Assembly: GCA_049591935.1 (NCBI GenBank)
Contig: JBAWFN010000069.1
Location: 34,139 to 98,138, forward strand
Length of the DNA stretch: 64,000 bases
From: Terriglobales bacterium
Lineage (GTDB): Bacteria; Acidobacteriota; Terriglobia; Terriglobales; Acidobacteriaceae
Reading direction: 5' to 3'
In this document: piece by piece, positions 1-8,860 of the stretch
Layout: each line of letters begins with the position of its first letter
How positions within the stretch are numbered: position 1 is the first letter of the stretch
The notes under the pieces: generated by a model
Databases searched by the model: none
What the model was told of the DNA's origin: nothing
What the model saw: the letters and a program-made list of their open reading frames with translations, nothing else
Translations under genes and position numbers: made by a program

Positions 1-866
1 GCCTGGAAGGAAAATCCGTTGCGCATGATGCCGGCGTCACGCAGGAAAAGCGCCACCAACTGGGCGATGCGCAAGCGGTCGGGGGAACGCGTGATTTGCG
101 TTGTCCCGGAAACAATCCTGGCGGGATCGCCGATGGAATCGACGGTGACGACGTAATCGACATTGTTGCCTTGAATCTGCCAGGGAACGCAGGGGAAGGG
201 AACCAGGCTGTCGGTCACGGCGATCACATGATCGGCGTACATAGAATCGGCCAGCGCAAAACCCAGAGAGCCGCAGGCGGATTTGCCATGCGAGCCGTCG
301 CAGTTGCCGAAGGGGTCCGCAGTCGGCGCAGCGATCACGGCGATGTCGATGTGCACTTCGCCGTCCTGAATTGCCTGCCATCGCCCGCCGTGCGAGCGCA
401 GAACTCCCATGCCGCGCATTTTCCCTTGCGTGCAGTAGTCGCCCAGAGGTCCATTCATGCTGCCTTCAATGTGGTCGATCACGCCCGAGGCCATCAATTC
501 AATGGCAGCTTTCTGCGAAGGAAACGATGCGCTGGGAAACCACGTGAGATCTCTGACTCCAATTCTTGCCGCTGCTTCGAGGGCCATAAGGGCGACGCGG
601 TCGCCATCCCGCAGGTGATGGTGAGAGGAAATGACCATGCCATCGCGCAGGCCGCATTTTCCGAGTGCGGTCTCGAGGTCCGCTACGCGCTTATCGCCAT
701 TCTCGGGATAATCGGCGGCGGTACGGATAGGCGGTGCAGCTTTGTTCCCGTGCGGTTGGTACTTGCCGACGCCTGCGTAGGGAACCTGGGGATGACCGTT
801 CACCATCTCCGGGACCATACGTCCGGCGGCGTTGATCGCTACTTCCGTTTTTTCGAGAATGGCCAT
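1..866 (-). CDS. citF: citrate lyase alpha subunit (citrate CoA-transferase), N-terminal ~288 codons; gene continues past the left edge
   Basis: Absent from the ORF track because no stop lies in-window. Hand translation of the minus strand from ATG (complement of 864-866, GGTGGAAG just upstream) stays open to base 1: MAILEKTEVAINAAGRMVPEMVNGHPQVPYAGVGKY...GMVISSHHHLRDGDRVALMALEAAARIGVRDLTWFPSASF...IEGSMNGPLGDY. The SxHHHxRxGD block and block order are those of CitF. The listed 96..1040(+) ORF is its antisense shadow. Confidence 0.8.
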   Translation of the reverse strand, partial: MAILEKTEVAINAAGRMVPEMVNGHPQVPYAGVGKYQPHGNKAAPPIRTAADYPENGDKRVADLETALGKCGLRDGMVISSHHHLRDGDRVALMALEAAARIGVRDLTWFPSASFPSQKAAIELMASGVIDHIEGSMNGPLGDYCTQGKMRGMGVLRSHGGRWQAIQDGEVHIDIAVIAAPTADPFGNCDGSHGKSACGSLGFALADSMYADHVIAVTDSLVPFPCVPWQIQGNNVDYVVTVDSIGDPARIVSGTTQITRSPDRLRIAQLVALFLRDAGIMRNGFSFQ

Positions 867-916
867 GACTTCCACCTGACTTCGCTGCGCCGGATTGCCG
901 GCACTACTTTAAATAT

Positions 917-2131
917 TCACGCCACCAGCCCCATCGCCTGGGCCCGCGCCATGAGCTTGAGGGCGCGCTGCACAACTGGTGCGTCGATCATCTTCGACCC
1001 CAGGCTTACCACGCCCAGGCCTTTCTGCTGGGCCTCGTGATATGCGGCGACAATTTTCCGCGCTTTCTCGATCTCTGCCGGTGTCGGCGCAAAAGCCTGG
1101 TGAATGACCGGGATTTGCAGCGGGTGCACGCACCCCATGCCTTCAAACCCCATGGCGCGGGAATTCAGGCCCCAGGCACGTAAGCTGTCCATGTCGCCAA
1201 CGTCGCCAAAGACGGAATCGATGGCCTGCACGCCCGCAGCGTGGGCGGCATTCACTATCCGTTGCCGCGCGAACCAAGACTCGGCGCCAGTCGGCGTTTT
1301 CACCACGCCGAGGTCTGCAGTGTAGTCTTCCAGCCCGATGGTCAGTGCCACAATGTCTGCGCTCGCAGTCGCAATCTCGTATGCCTTCTCGATTCCCAGC
1401 GCGGATTCGATGATCGGCATCAGCCAGATGGGGCGAGTAATACCGTATTCAGCCTTAATCTCTGCGATCTTCTGACTGACGACGATCACCTGCTTCGGCG
1501 TCTCCACTTTGGGAATGAGAATCAAGTCGGGCGACTCGGGGACGATTTCCTCCAGGTCTTCTAATCCGAGGGGAAGCTGGTTGATGCGCACCATGCGCTC
1601 GCACTGCTGAAAATCGACGGCACGCAACGCATTACGCACCAGCAGTCGCGCCGCGTCTTTCTCATTGGGGTGAACGGAATCTTCGAGGTCAAGAATGATG
1701 GCGTCCGCTCCGTGCAGCCCGGCATTGATGAAATACTTCGGCTCGCTGCCAGGTACATAGAGCCGTGACCGCCGCATGCGATCCCGCGGAGAAGGTTCAG
1801 GGAGCGAAACTCTCTCCGGCAGCACGCGCGTGTCTGCGCCCAGTCCTGCGCGCCGAGCGGCGGCTTCAATGCGCGCCGCAATCACGAAGGGAAGCGCACC
1901 CTCGTCGTGGATCGTTACCAGCGCATGCCGCACGCCCACGGCTTCCAGCACTTCTTCAGTCTGCCGGCAGATCGCATCGCCGTAGTAGGGTTTGACGCGC
2001 GATTCGAGTTCTATCTGGACCCCGCCGTGCTCGCGCGGTTCAATCCGCACGTGTACATCCGAACGAATCTCCGGACCGCTGTGTCCCGCCTCGCCCGCTT
2101 GCCTGGCTTGCGTTTCAATCTCGACACTCAT
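917..2131 (-). CDS. citE: citrate lyase acyl-carrier (gamma, CitD) fused to beta subunit (CitE, citryl-CoA lyase)
   Basis: 404-aa ORF. Residues ~1-100 resemble CitD (EIRSDVHVRIEP..IELESRVKPYYGDAI..DEGALPFVIAARIEAAARRA; the Ser in E-x-x-S-D sits where the prosthetic-group Ser lies). Residues ~115-404 are HpcH/CitE-like (LYVPGSEPKYF, ILDLEDSV, IIESALGIEKAYEI, IGLEDYTADLG). 50 nt upstream of citF. Confidence 0.8.
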   Translation of the reverse strand: MSVEIETQARQAGEAGHSGPEIRSDVHVRIEPREHGGVQIELESRVKPYYGDAICRQTEEVLEAVGVRHALVTIHDEGALPFVIAARIEAAARRAGLGADTRVLPERVSLPEPSPRDRMRRSRLYVPGSEPKYFINAGLHGADAIILDLEDSVHPNEKDAARLLVRNALRAVDFQQCERMVRINQLPLGLEDLEEIVPESPDLILIPKVETPKQVIVVSQKIAEIKAEYGITRPIWLMPIIESALGIEKAYEIATASADIVALTIGLEDYTADLGVVKTPTGAESWFARQRIVNAAHAAGVQAIDSVFGDVGDMDSLRAWGLNSRAMGFEGMGCVHPLQIPVIHQAFAPTPAEIEKARKIVAAYHEAQQKGLGVVSLGSKMIDAPVVQRALKLMARAQAMGLVA

Positions 2132-2145
2132 GAGCGTCCTTTCAA

Positions 2146-3396
2146 TCAGCGACTCCTGTTGTTGCCGCCAGCCACTGCGTATTCAGGCTCCGGTTGGGTG
2201 CCTGCCGGTTGTTGCAATTTCGCCAGAACCGCATCTGTCATCTCTACCGTGCTGGCTGCGCCCTGGCTGATGGCTTTTGCACCGCCTGGAATGCGCATCA
2301 TGTCATAGGTGCGTACTTTGCCTTCCTTCACCACGGCCGCAATGGCGTCGCGGATGCGCCTGGCCTTCTCAGTCTCGCCCACGTGGTCGAGCAGCATGAC
2401 GGCCGAGAGAAACATGGCGATCGGATTGACGATGGGCGGATCCAGTTCCGCATACTTTGGCGCCGAGCCATGAGTGGGCTCGAACACCGCCACTTCGTCT
2501 CCGATGTTGCCGGACGCTGCAAAACCTAGTCCGCCGATCAACCCGGCGAATGCGTCGGAGATTACGTCGCCAAACAGGTTCGACGCGACCACTACGCCGT
2601 ATTCTTCCGGATTCTTGGTCAGCCACATGGTCTGGGCGTCGATATTGGTCGACGAAAGCGCGATTCCCGGATATTCTTTTGCCACCGCTTTGGCTTCTTC
2701 TTCCATCATTCCGGAAGTTTCGCGCAGCACGTTCGGCTTTTCACAAATGGTGACCGATTTGTATCCATACTTCCTGGCCCAATCGAAGGCGGCCTGGCAA
2801 ATCTTGTGGGCCGCTGAACGAGTGATGATGCGCACCGAAATCGCCAGGTCCGGCCCCGCAACTCCAGCAAACGCTTTGAACTTTGCATGCGTGGCCAGCG
2901 CAGTGCGCACCGCCTCGGGTGGATTGGTCCACTCGACGCCCGCGTAAAGTCCTTCCGTGTTCTGCCGGAAGACAACCACGTTCACTCGCGGCTCCTCGAA
3001 TCCTCCCGCGGGCTTCTGGCGAATGAAATTCAGCGGATTGCCCGGAAACGAAATACAAGGCCGGATGCAGGTATCGAGATGAAAACGCTGGCGCATGGTC
3101 ACGATCGGGCTGAAGTAGGAATAACCTTTACCTTTGAGATCGGGTCTGAGCTCAGCTTCCGCTTCCTTCTTGGGTTTGGAGGTGATTGCGCCGAACAGCC
3201 CCAGCTTGTGCTGGGCCAGCAAGCCGACCGTGCGCTCCGGCAGGGCGTTGCCCTGGTTGCGCCAGCATTCCCAGCCGATTTCAGCGTGAATGTATTCGGC
3301 GTCAAAACCGACTGCTCGCAGCAACCGCAGAGCCTCCGGCAGAACCTGAGTGCCGATTCCATCTCCCGGCATTGTGACTACCGTGTATTTCGCCAT
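2146..3396 (-). CDS. isocitrate/isopropylmalate-family beta-decarboxylating dehydrogenase
   Basis: 416-aa ORF with family blocks VVTMPGDGIG (N-terminus), SNLFGDVISDAFAGLIGGLG and EPTHGSAPKYA. 14 nt from the downstream citDE gene. Confidence 0.85.
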   Translation of the reverse strand: MAKYTVVTMPGDGIGTQVLPEALRLLRAVGFDAEYIHAEIGWECWRNQGNALPERTVGLLAQHKLGLFGAITSKPKKEAEAELRPDLKGKGYSYFSPIVTMRQRFHLDTCIRPCISFPGNPLNFIRQKPAGGFEEPRVNVVVFRQNTEGLYAGVEWTNPPEAVRTALATHAKFKAFAGVAGPDLAISVRIITRSAAHKICQAAFDWARKYGYKSVTICEKPNVLRETSGMMEEEAKAVAKEYPGIALSSTNIDAQTMWLTKNPEEYGVVVASNLFGDVISDAFAGLIGGLGFAASGNIGDEVAVFEPTHGSAPKYAELDPPIVNPIAMFLSAVMLLDHVGETEKARRIRDAIAAVVKEGKVRTYDMMRIPGGAKAISQGAASTVEMTDAVLAKLQQPAGTQPEPEYAVAGGNNRSR

Positions 3397-3417
3397 AAGT
3401 TCATCCTCGATTCTTTC

Positions 3418-5367
3418 TTACGCCAGCCCCAGCCTCTTCGCGACCAAATTCTCGGCGCCTCCCGCAATCACCAGCGATTGCGGCACGCTGCCCAATGGCG
3501 GGAAAACAAAAGTCTCGCCTCGCCAGGTGATCGTGCCCGAGGTGAAATCAATCTCTACGTTTTCGCCGGGGATAATGGTTTTTTCCTTGGCTACGATCTC
3601 CTCACAGAACCGATCCCGCAGCCGCCGGGTGAACTCGGGAACCTCCACGCAGAGGAACCCGTTGTTGTACGCGTTCCGCAGATAGGTTTGCGAAAAACTG
3701 CCCGCGATCACCAGTGGGATCCCTTTCGCTTTGAGGCAGGTGACCGCTTGCTCGCGGCTTGATCCGGTGCCGAAGTTGAAGCCACCCACAATCACGTCTC
3801 CGGCGCGGGTGCGCGATGCAAATTGCGGATCGTAGTTTTCCATGACGACTGCGGCCATCATTGCGGGCGTCATGTCGTCGCGATAGGTATAGTCCTTGCC
3901 ATAGATGGCGTCGGTATTGACGTTATCCTGCGGCAGAAAGAGCAGGCGGCCTTTCACTCGCTCAGGGAAGCCGGCAAGAATTTCGACTTTCTCGGAAGGT
4001 CCCTTCCCGTTTCCGTTTATTTCCGTGAACCGGCGCGCAGGGGTGACATCTGCAAATGGATGTGCGCCGGTGATGTACCCCGCGATCGCTGATGCCGCCA
4101 CCACCTCTGGACTTGCCAGGTAACACTGGGCATCGCGCGACCCCATGCGGCCCTTGAAGTTGCGGTTGGTGGCAGAGACTCCGACCTCGCCCTTTTCCAG
4201 CAACCCAACTCCCAGGCCGATGCAGGGCCCGCATCCCGCGGGCAGAGGAGTCGCACCCGCATCGAGCAGCGTCTGCCAGACGCCGCGTTTCTCCGCTTCC
4301 CGTTGCACCCACGCGCTGGCTGCTCCCAGATAGAACTTCACTCCGGCCGCAATCTTTTTCCCGCGTAAGACTCGGGCCGCAGCTTCCAGATCCTCCACTC
4401 TCGAATTCGAGCAGGAAATCAGGTAAGCCTTCTGAATGGCCACCTTCTTTTCTCCCATGACAGCGAGCGACTGCATCACCTGCACGGTGTCTGGCCCCGA
4501 GACATGAGGAGTTACCTGGTTGAGGTCGAGCGTGATGCGTGCGGCGTAGGAAGCATCCGGATCCGCCGCCGGCGCTGCCTTGATCCAGCTCGCAATATCT
4601 TTTTCGTTGAAGCGTTCAAGGTTCTGCTCCCGCAAACGCAGGTGCACGCCGCGCAAATACTCAATCGCGATTTCATCCACAGGAAACCACCCCACCAGAG
4701 GTCCCCACTCGGTGCTCATGTTTGCAATGGAGAATCGCGCATCCATCGACAAACTGGCCACCCCCGGCCCCGAAAACTCGACGGCAGCGTTGAGCGCTTC
4801 GTCATGGTTGTAGAGTCCGCACAGGCTGATGATCACGTCTTTGCCGCTCGTGCCCTGGGGCAGCTTTCCTTCCAGCACAACCTGGATCGACCGTGGAATC
4901 TGCCACCAGAATTCGCCCGTGGCCCACACCGCCGCAGCATCGGTGCGCACGATGGGCGTGCCAATGGCGCCCAGCGCTCCGTACATGTTCGAGTGCGAGT
5001 CGGAGGCGACCACGAACGATCCCGGCACCACATAGCCGCGCTCCACCATGATCTGATGGCCAATGCCCAGGCCCGCGGGATAGAAGTCGACTCCGTGCTC
5101 CTTGGCAAAGGCTTCGATCGAGTGGTACTTCTTCAGGGTGGCCTCATCCTGATTTTGAATGTCGTGATCAAGAGCGAAAACCAGCTGCCTGGCATCAAAA
5201 ATCTTCTTCGCTCCAATGGCTCTGAACTTGCTCATCACCGCCGAGGTGTTGTCGTGCGTCATCACGTGAAAGGGCCGTATGGAAACGAAATCGCCGGCCC
5301 GTAAGGGCCGCTTTGGCCCTTCGGTCATGTGGGCTTGCGCGATCTTTTCTACGATGGTCTGGGCCAT
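3418..5367 (-). CDS. aconitase-family hydro-lyase, large and small subunits fused (homoaconitase / isopropylmalate-isomerase-like)
   Basis: 649-aa ORF. VASDSHSN; Fe-S Cys ligands in ISCSNSR and AGCGPCIGLG; ATNRNFKGRMG. C-terminal swivel domain has GFNFGTGSSREQA. Single-polypeptide arrangement. Confidence 0.85.
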   Translation of the reverse strand: MAQTIVEKIAQAHMTEGPKRPLRAGDFVSIRPFHVMTHDNTSAVMSKFRAIGAKKIFDARQLVFALDHDIQNQDEATLKKYHSIEAFAKEHGVDFYPAGLGIGHQIMVERGYVVPGSFVVASDSHSNMYGALGAIGTPIVRTDAAAVWATGEFWWQIPRSIQVVLEGKLPQGTSGKDVIISLCGLYNHDEALNAAVEFSGPGVASLSMDARFSIANMSTEWGPLVGWFPVDEIAIEYLRGVHLRLREQNLERFNEKDIASWIKAAPAADPDASYAARITLDLNQVTPHVSGPDTVQVMQSLAVMGEKKVAIQKAYLISCSNSRVEDLEAAARVLRGKKIAAGVKFYLGAASAWVQREAEKRGVWQTLLDAGATPLPAGCGPCIGLGVGLLEKGEVGVSATNRNFKGRMGSRDAQCYLASPEVVAASAIAGYITGAHPFADVTPARRFTEINGNGKGPSEKVEILAGFPERVKGRLLFLPQDNVNTDAIYGKDYTYRDDMTPAMMAAVVMENYDPQFASRTRAGDVIVGGFNFGTGSSREQAVTCLKAKGIPLVIAGSFSQTYLRNAYNNGFLCVEVPEFTRRLRDRFCEEIVAKEKTIIPGENVEIDFTSGTITWRGETFVFPPLGSVPQSLVIAGGAENLVAKRLGLA

Positions 5368-5411
5368 GAATAAACTCCAGTCGAGATTTGCCGGCTCCTC
5401 AGGAACTGTAC

Positions 5412-6893
5412 CTAGGCAAAGACAGCCTTCCGGCCGTTCTTGCCGTTCACCGACGATCTTGCTTTGCTCTTGAACTTGACAGCCTTGCTGTGAATATCAG
5501 CCTTCATCAGCGCCATCAACTTGCGCACTGAGTCGCTGTCCTCCAGGTTCCAGATCGCTTCTTTCAATTTTCGCTGTGCAGCCATAGACAGCACGCCGTC
5601 GGCCAGCGCAGCGAACTTCTCTTCCACTTCCTGATCGGTCAGTGGATTGCGCGGATCACCTTTAGGGAAATCCAGCTGCTTGCTGAACCTGCGTCCATCG
5701 GTGGTCGTGATGTTCACGACGACTCGTTGCAGCGCCGGGAACACCTTTTCAATTTCGGGATCAGCGACCACCTCAACCTTCCGCAATTGCTCCCGGATTT
5801 TCGCATCCATGATCTTTTCCATGGTGAACTGCGCCGGCGTCACCTGCCGATCAACCAGTGCGGCTGCAATCACGTAGGGCAGCGAGTGGTCAGCAGTCTC
5901 TTTGGTGTGCGGATCGTATTTGCTGGGATCGGACAGAATGTCGGCTGCCCGGGCCAGGGAGCGAATCTGAACATTCTTTACCTGATCACAGTGGAGGTCG
6001 TTGCTCTTCACCAGATCGAGCACGGCCGAGATCGGCGTATGGGTCAACGCCTCGGTGGGGAAGGCTTTCATGCCGCATTGCGTGATGCGCCACGACTCTC
6101 CCAAGCCGTCGGTCAGCAGATTCAACTTCCAGTCAGGACCAAAAACATGCGTCAGTCCTTCCTTGCCATCCACCACATGTTCGGGGCCAGAGTAGCCTTT
6201 TTCCGCCAGCAAGGCGGCGAACACTCCGCTCTGCGTGGCCATGGGATCGACCGTGTTCTTCATCATGGTCAACTTGCCGGCGGTGACCGCCCCCAGCGTG
6301 CAGTGGCGGCTGGCGGAAATGCCGATGGCGTGCTGCATCTGCTCCCAGGTCAGGTGCAGAGCGCGCCCTGCGACCATCGGCGAAACAAACGCCGTTAGCG
6401 TAGCGTGATGCCATCCCCGTTCGCGGATGCCGGGAAATGCCGCCTCGCAAAAGCGCATCTCGAACTCGTGGCCTAGAACCAGGCCCACAATCAACTCCCT
6501 GCCGCCGCTCGCCGCTCGCTCGCAGCACGCCAGCGCCGCCGGAAAAATGTCCGAAGGGTGTGAAGGGTCCTGCTTCCAATAAATGTCGTTGTAATCCATG
6601 CAGCGGATCATCAGCGCGTTGGCCAGGGCTGCGGAGACGGGATCGATCCGCTCGCCCGTGCCAATTACCGTGGCCGAGCCCCGCCCAGCTACTTCACCGA
6701 GGACTTCGAGAGCGATCTTCACCTCGTGTTGCTGGAAGCCTCCGAGGGCGCAACCGATGGAGTCCAGCAGGAAACGCTTGGCCTGGTAGACCGCGTCCAG
6801 CGAGAGGTCCTTATATTGCAGGCCGGCGGCCCAGCGGGACATGGCGGCAGTGACCGTTTCCTTTGGTGCAGCAATCGATTTCGGCGCAGACAT
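5412..6893 (-). CDS. MmgE/PrpD (2-methylcitrate dehydratase) family protein
   Basis: 493-aa ORF recognised over its full length as PrpD/MmgE-like (N-terminal LLDSIGCALGG region, central ERGWHHATLTAF region). Substrate cannot be assigned from sequence alone. Confidence 0.8.
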   Translation of the reverse strand: MSAPKSIAAPKETVTAAMSRWAAGLQYKDLSLDAVYQAKRFLLDSIGCALGGFQQHEVKIALEVLGEVAGRGSATVIGTGERIDPVSAALANALMIRCMDYNDIYWKQDPSHPSDIFPAALACCERAASGGRELIVGLVLGHEFEMRFCEAAFPGIRERGWHHATLTAFVSPMVAGRALHLTWEQMQHAIGISASRHCTLGAVTAGKLTMMKNTVDPMATQSGVFAALLAEKGYSGPEHVVDGKEGLTHVFGPDWKLNLLTDGLGESWRITQCGMKAFPTEALTHTPISAVLDLVKSNDLHCDQVKNVQIRSLARAADILSDPSKYDPHTKETADHSLPYVIAAALVDRQVTPAQFTMEKIMDAKIREQLRKVEVVADPEIEKVFPALQRVVVNITTTDGRRFSKQLDFPKGDPRNPLTDQEVEEKFAALADGVLSMAAQRKLKEAIWNLEDSDSVRKLMALMKADIHSKAVKFKSKARSSVNGKNGRKAVFA

Positions 6894-6904
6894 GAACCTC
6901 TCCT

Positions 6905-7465
6905 TTAAGGTGTCACCTTTATGTTTTTCGGATTCTTGAAGGGCAAAAATGCCATGAAATCAGCGTGGTGCACGATGAAAGCTTCGGTCGTGCGCTTGAC
7001 CAGGTCGCCCTCGGCGGCGTGGGCCGCAATGACGTGACAGACAGCATCGGGAACGCCGCACTCCAGCGCCAATGCGACTCCCGTAAAGGGATGCCGCAGA
7101 GCTTCGCCCCGCTCGCTCTGCCGGCTCTTGCCATCGGGCCCGAGTTCGTATTCCAACAGTTTGCCCACGTCCGCCAGAATGGCCCCTGCGATCACCGTAT
7201 CCAGATCAATGGGCAAAGCGCGGCCCATGAATTCCTGCATCGCCTTGGCGCTGGCGCGTGCAATGTGCACCACGCAGCGCTTGTGCTCCATGAACGTAAT
7301 CGGGCAGTTCGGAACTAGCAGCGTGAAGGGAATCTGGTTCAGGTCATCCGGCCGGAGGGGGCTGCGTTCAAGCGCCTTGATCCAAACCTGCGTAACTTGT
7401 TCTCGCAGTTGGAGGCTCTCAATCCAGTCGATCTCTGGCCACAACCGCTTGACGCTTTCGCGCAC
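6905..7465 (-). CDS. HD-superfamily domain protein with a degenerate metal-binding dyad
   Basis: 186-aa ORF. First His in VVHIARASAKAM. The position of the canonical LLHDIGK block reads AILADVGK (A-D instead of H-D). The later I..HH block reads IAAHAAEG. First gene of the operon, 11 nt from the PrpD-like gene. Confidence 0.6.
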   Translation of the reverse strand: MRESVKRLWPEIDWIESLQLREQVTQVWIKALERSPLRPDDLNQIPFTLLVPNCPITFMEHKRCVVHIARASAKAMQEFMGRALPIDLDTVIAGAILADVGKLLEYELGPDGKSRQSERGEALRHPFTGVALALECGVPDAVCHVIAAHAAEGDLVKRTTEAFIVHHADFMAFLPFKNPKNIKVTP

Positions 7466-7639
7466 CCGTCCGCTCCTCCGCCAACGCTTCAGGCTATCCC
7501 GCAGTGGAAGGCGAAGCGGTGATCAGAATCACAGGCCCATGTGATCCGTCACGGTCGAGCGCAAGTGGGCAGGAATGAAAACCCTCGCGTGGGAGCGAAG
7601 CTGGGTTGATCCAGCAGGCTAAGTGTGATTGGCTGATTA

Positions 7640-8860
7640 TCAAGACGCCAAAACTTCCTCGGAAACAGCCGGCCGCGCCGGGGAGATCGCCGCTTCCACG
7701 ATTCCGAGAAACGTTCTCGCGAACTCAATCACGCGAGTTTCGTGTAAGGAAGGCGAACCGGCAGAGGTTTGTCCTGCATCCAGGAAGCGAACGATGGCTC
7801 TCGCACAATCGCCGGGATTTCCAGTTCGAAAGAAGCACGATCCTGGGGCTGCCTGTTCCAAATGAACCGGGAAGTCTGAGGCAATCACCGGCTTGCCGAG
7901 AGCCCGAGCGTCTTCAATCACCGTACTCCACCCTTCAAAGCGCGAGGGTTGCAACACCGCCTGCGAAGCGCGGATCAAAGCTACCTGATCGAGACGCGGA
8001 ATCGTGCCCAAAATTTGTACTTGTTGCTCGATGCCCAGACTCTTGATCTCCGCCTGAACTCTCGGAAAGTGCCCGGAATCTCGATTGTCCCAGGTTGCCC
8101 CAGTGCACACCAGATGTACCTTCAGCCCTTGCTGCTTCAGTTCCGCGATCGCCCGGAACGCCGTCAGATGATCCTTGTGAATCCAAAACTGATTGCAAAT
8201 AATAATGAACTGGCTTGGCGCTTGATACTTGGCGACTACAGGCGCGGGATCGCGAAACCAGGAAGGGACCGGAACCGTCACAAAGCTAAGGATGTGTGTT
8301 GTGGCCCTCGGCTTCCCGTAGGCGCGAAGAGCATCCTTCAAACCGTAGTGGCTGCTGACCACAACGTGACGCTTCGGGTCCCGGAGCATCGAAGCGAAAC
8401 GGCTGTCGAGAATCGTCCGCCTCAGCCGTGAAGCCAACTGCGGTAACGTGCGGTGCTGAAGATCGGGAATCCATCCAATCGGGCAGGGCAACCGGCGTGC
8501 GTAAGGAGTGGATACCGGAAACACAGCTTGCACCCCTTCTTGATGGACTGCTCTGGCTAATTCAGGTGCGCTCTCGTGTAACAGGCCGCCTGAGATTGTG
8601 GCCTGGGCGTATCGTGCAGGAGTCTCCAGCCGAGTCCCCGCGAAGGCTTTGTCCAGCCATGATTGAAATACAACCACTCGGTCCGCGAGCGGAGTAACTT
8701 CTTCGAAGAGTTTAGTGTGGTTACGGCAAAACAGGGTTATGTGCGGACGCTCTGCCGTGGGCAATTGGGAGAGCGCGCGCAGCAGATTGTGCGTATAAAC
8801 TATGCCCCCCATCCACTGGTCGAGTGCGACGAGTCCGATGCGTGAACCCCGGGACTTCAC
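7640..8860 (-). CDS. glycosyltransferase, GT1/GT4 (GT-B) family
   Basis: 406-aa ORF. C-terminal nucleotide-sugar block QPSRFEGWSTVIEDARALGKPVIASDFPVHLEQ. Overlaps the upstream epimerase gene by 4 nt. Confidence 0.75.
   Translation of the reverse strand: MKSRGSRIGLVALDQWMGGIVYTHNLLRALSQLPTAERPHITLFCRNHTKLFEEVTPLADRVVVFQSWLDKAFAGTRLETPARYAQATISGGLLHESAPELARAVHQEGVQAVFPVSTPYARRLPCPIGWIPDLQHRTLPQLASRLRRTILDSRFASMLRDPKRHVVVSSHYGLKDALRAYGKPRATTHILSFVTVPVPSWFRDPAPVVAKYQAPSQFIIICNQFWIHKDHLTAFRAIAELKQQGLKVHLVCTGATWDNRDSGHFPRVQAEIKSLGIEQQVQILGTIPRLDQVALIRASQAVLQPSRFEGWSTVIEDARALGKPVIASDFPVHLEQAAPGSCFFRTGNPGDCARAIVRFLDAGQTSAGSPSLHETRVIEFARTFLGIVEAAISPARPAVSEEVLAS

Noticed and set aside
96-1040. 314-aa plus-strand ORF covering the left end
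   Set aside because: It is low-complexity, Arg/Gly/Ala-rich and non-protein-like. It lies exactly antisense to a clean, recognisable CitF reading frame, so it is a GC-rich shadow ORF.
5727-6398. 223-aa plus-strand ORF
   Set aside because: It is antisense to the PrpD-family gene and has no recognisable motifs.
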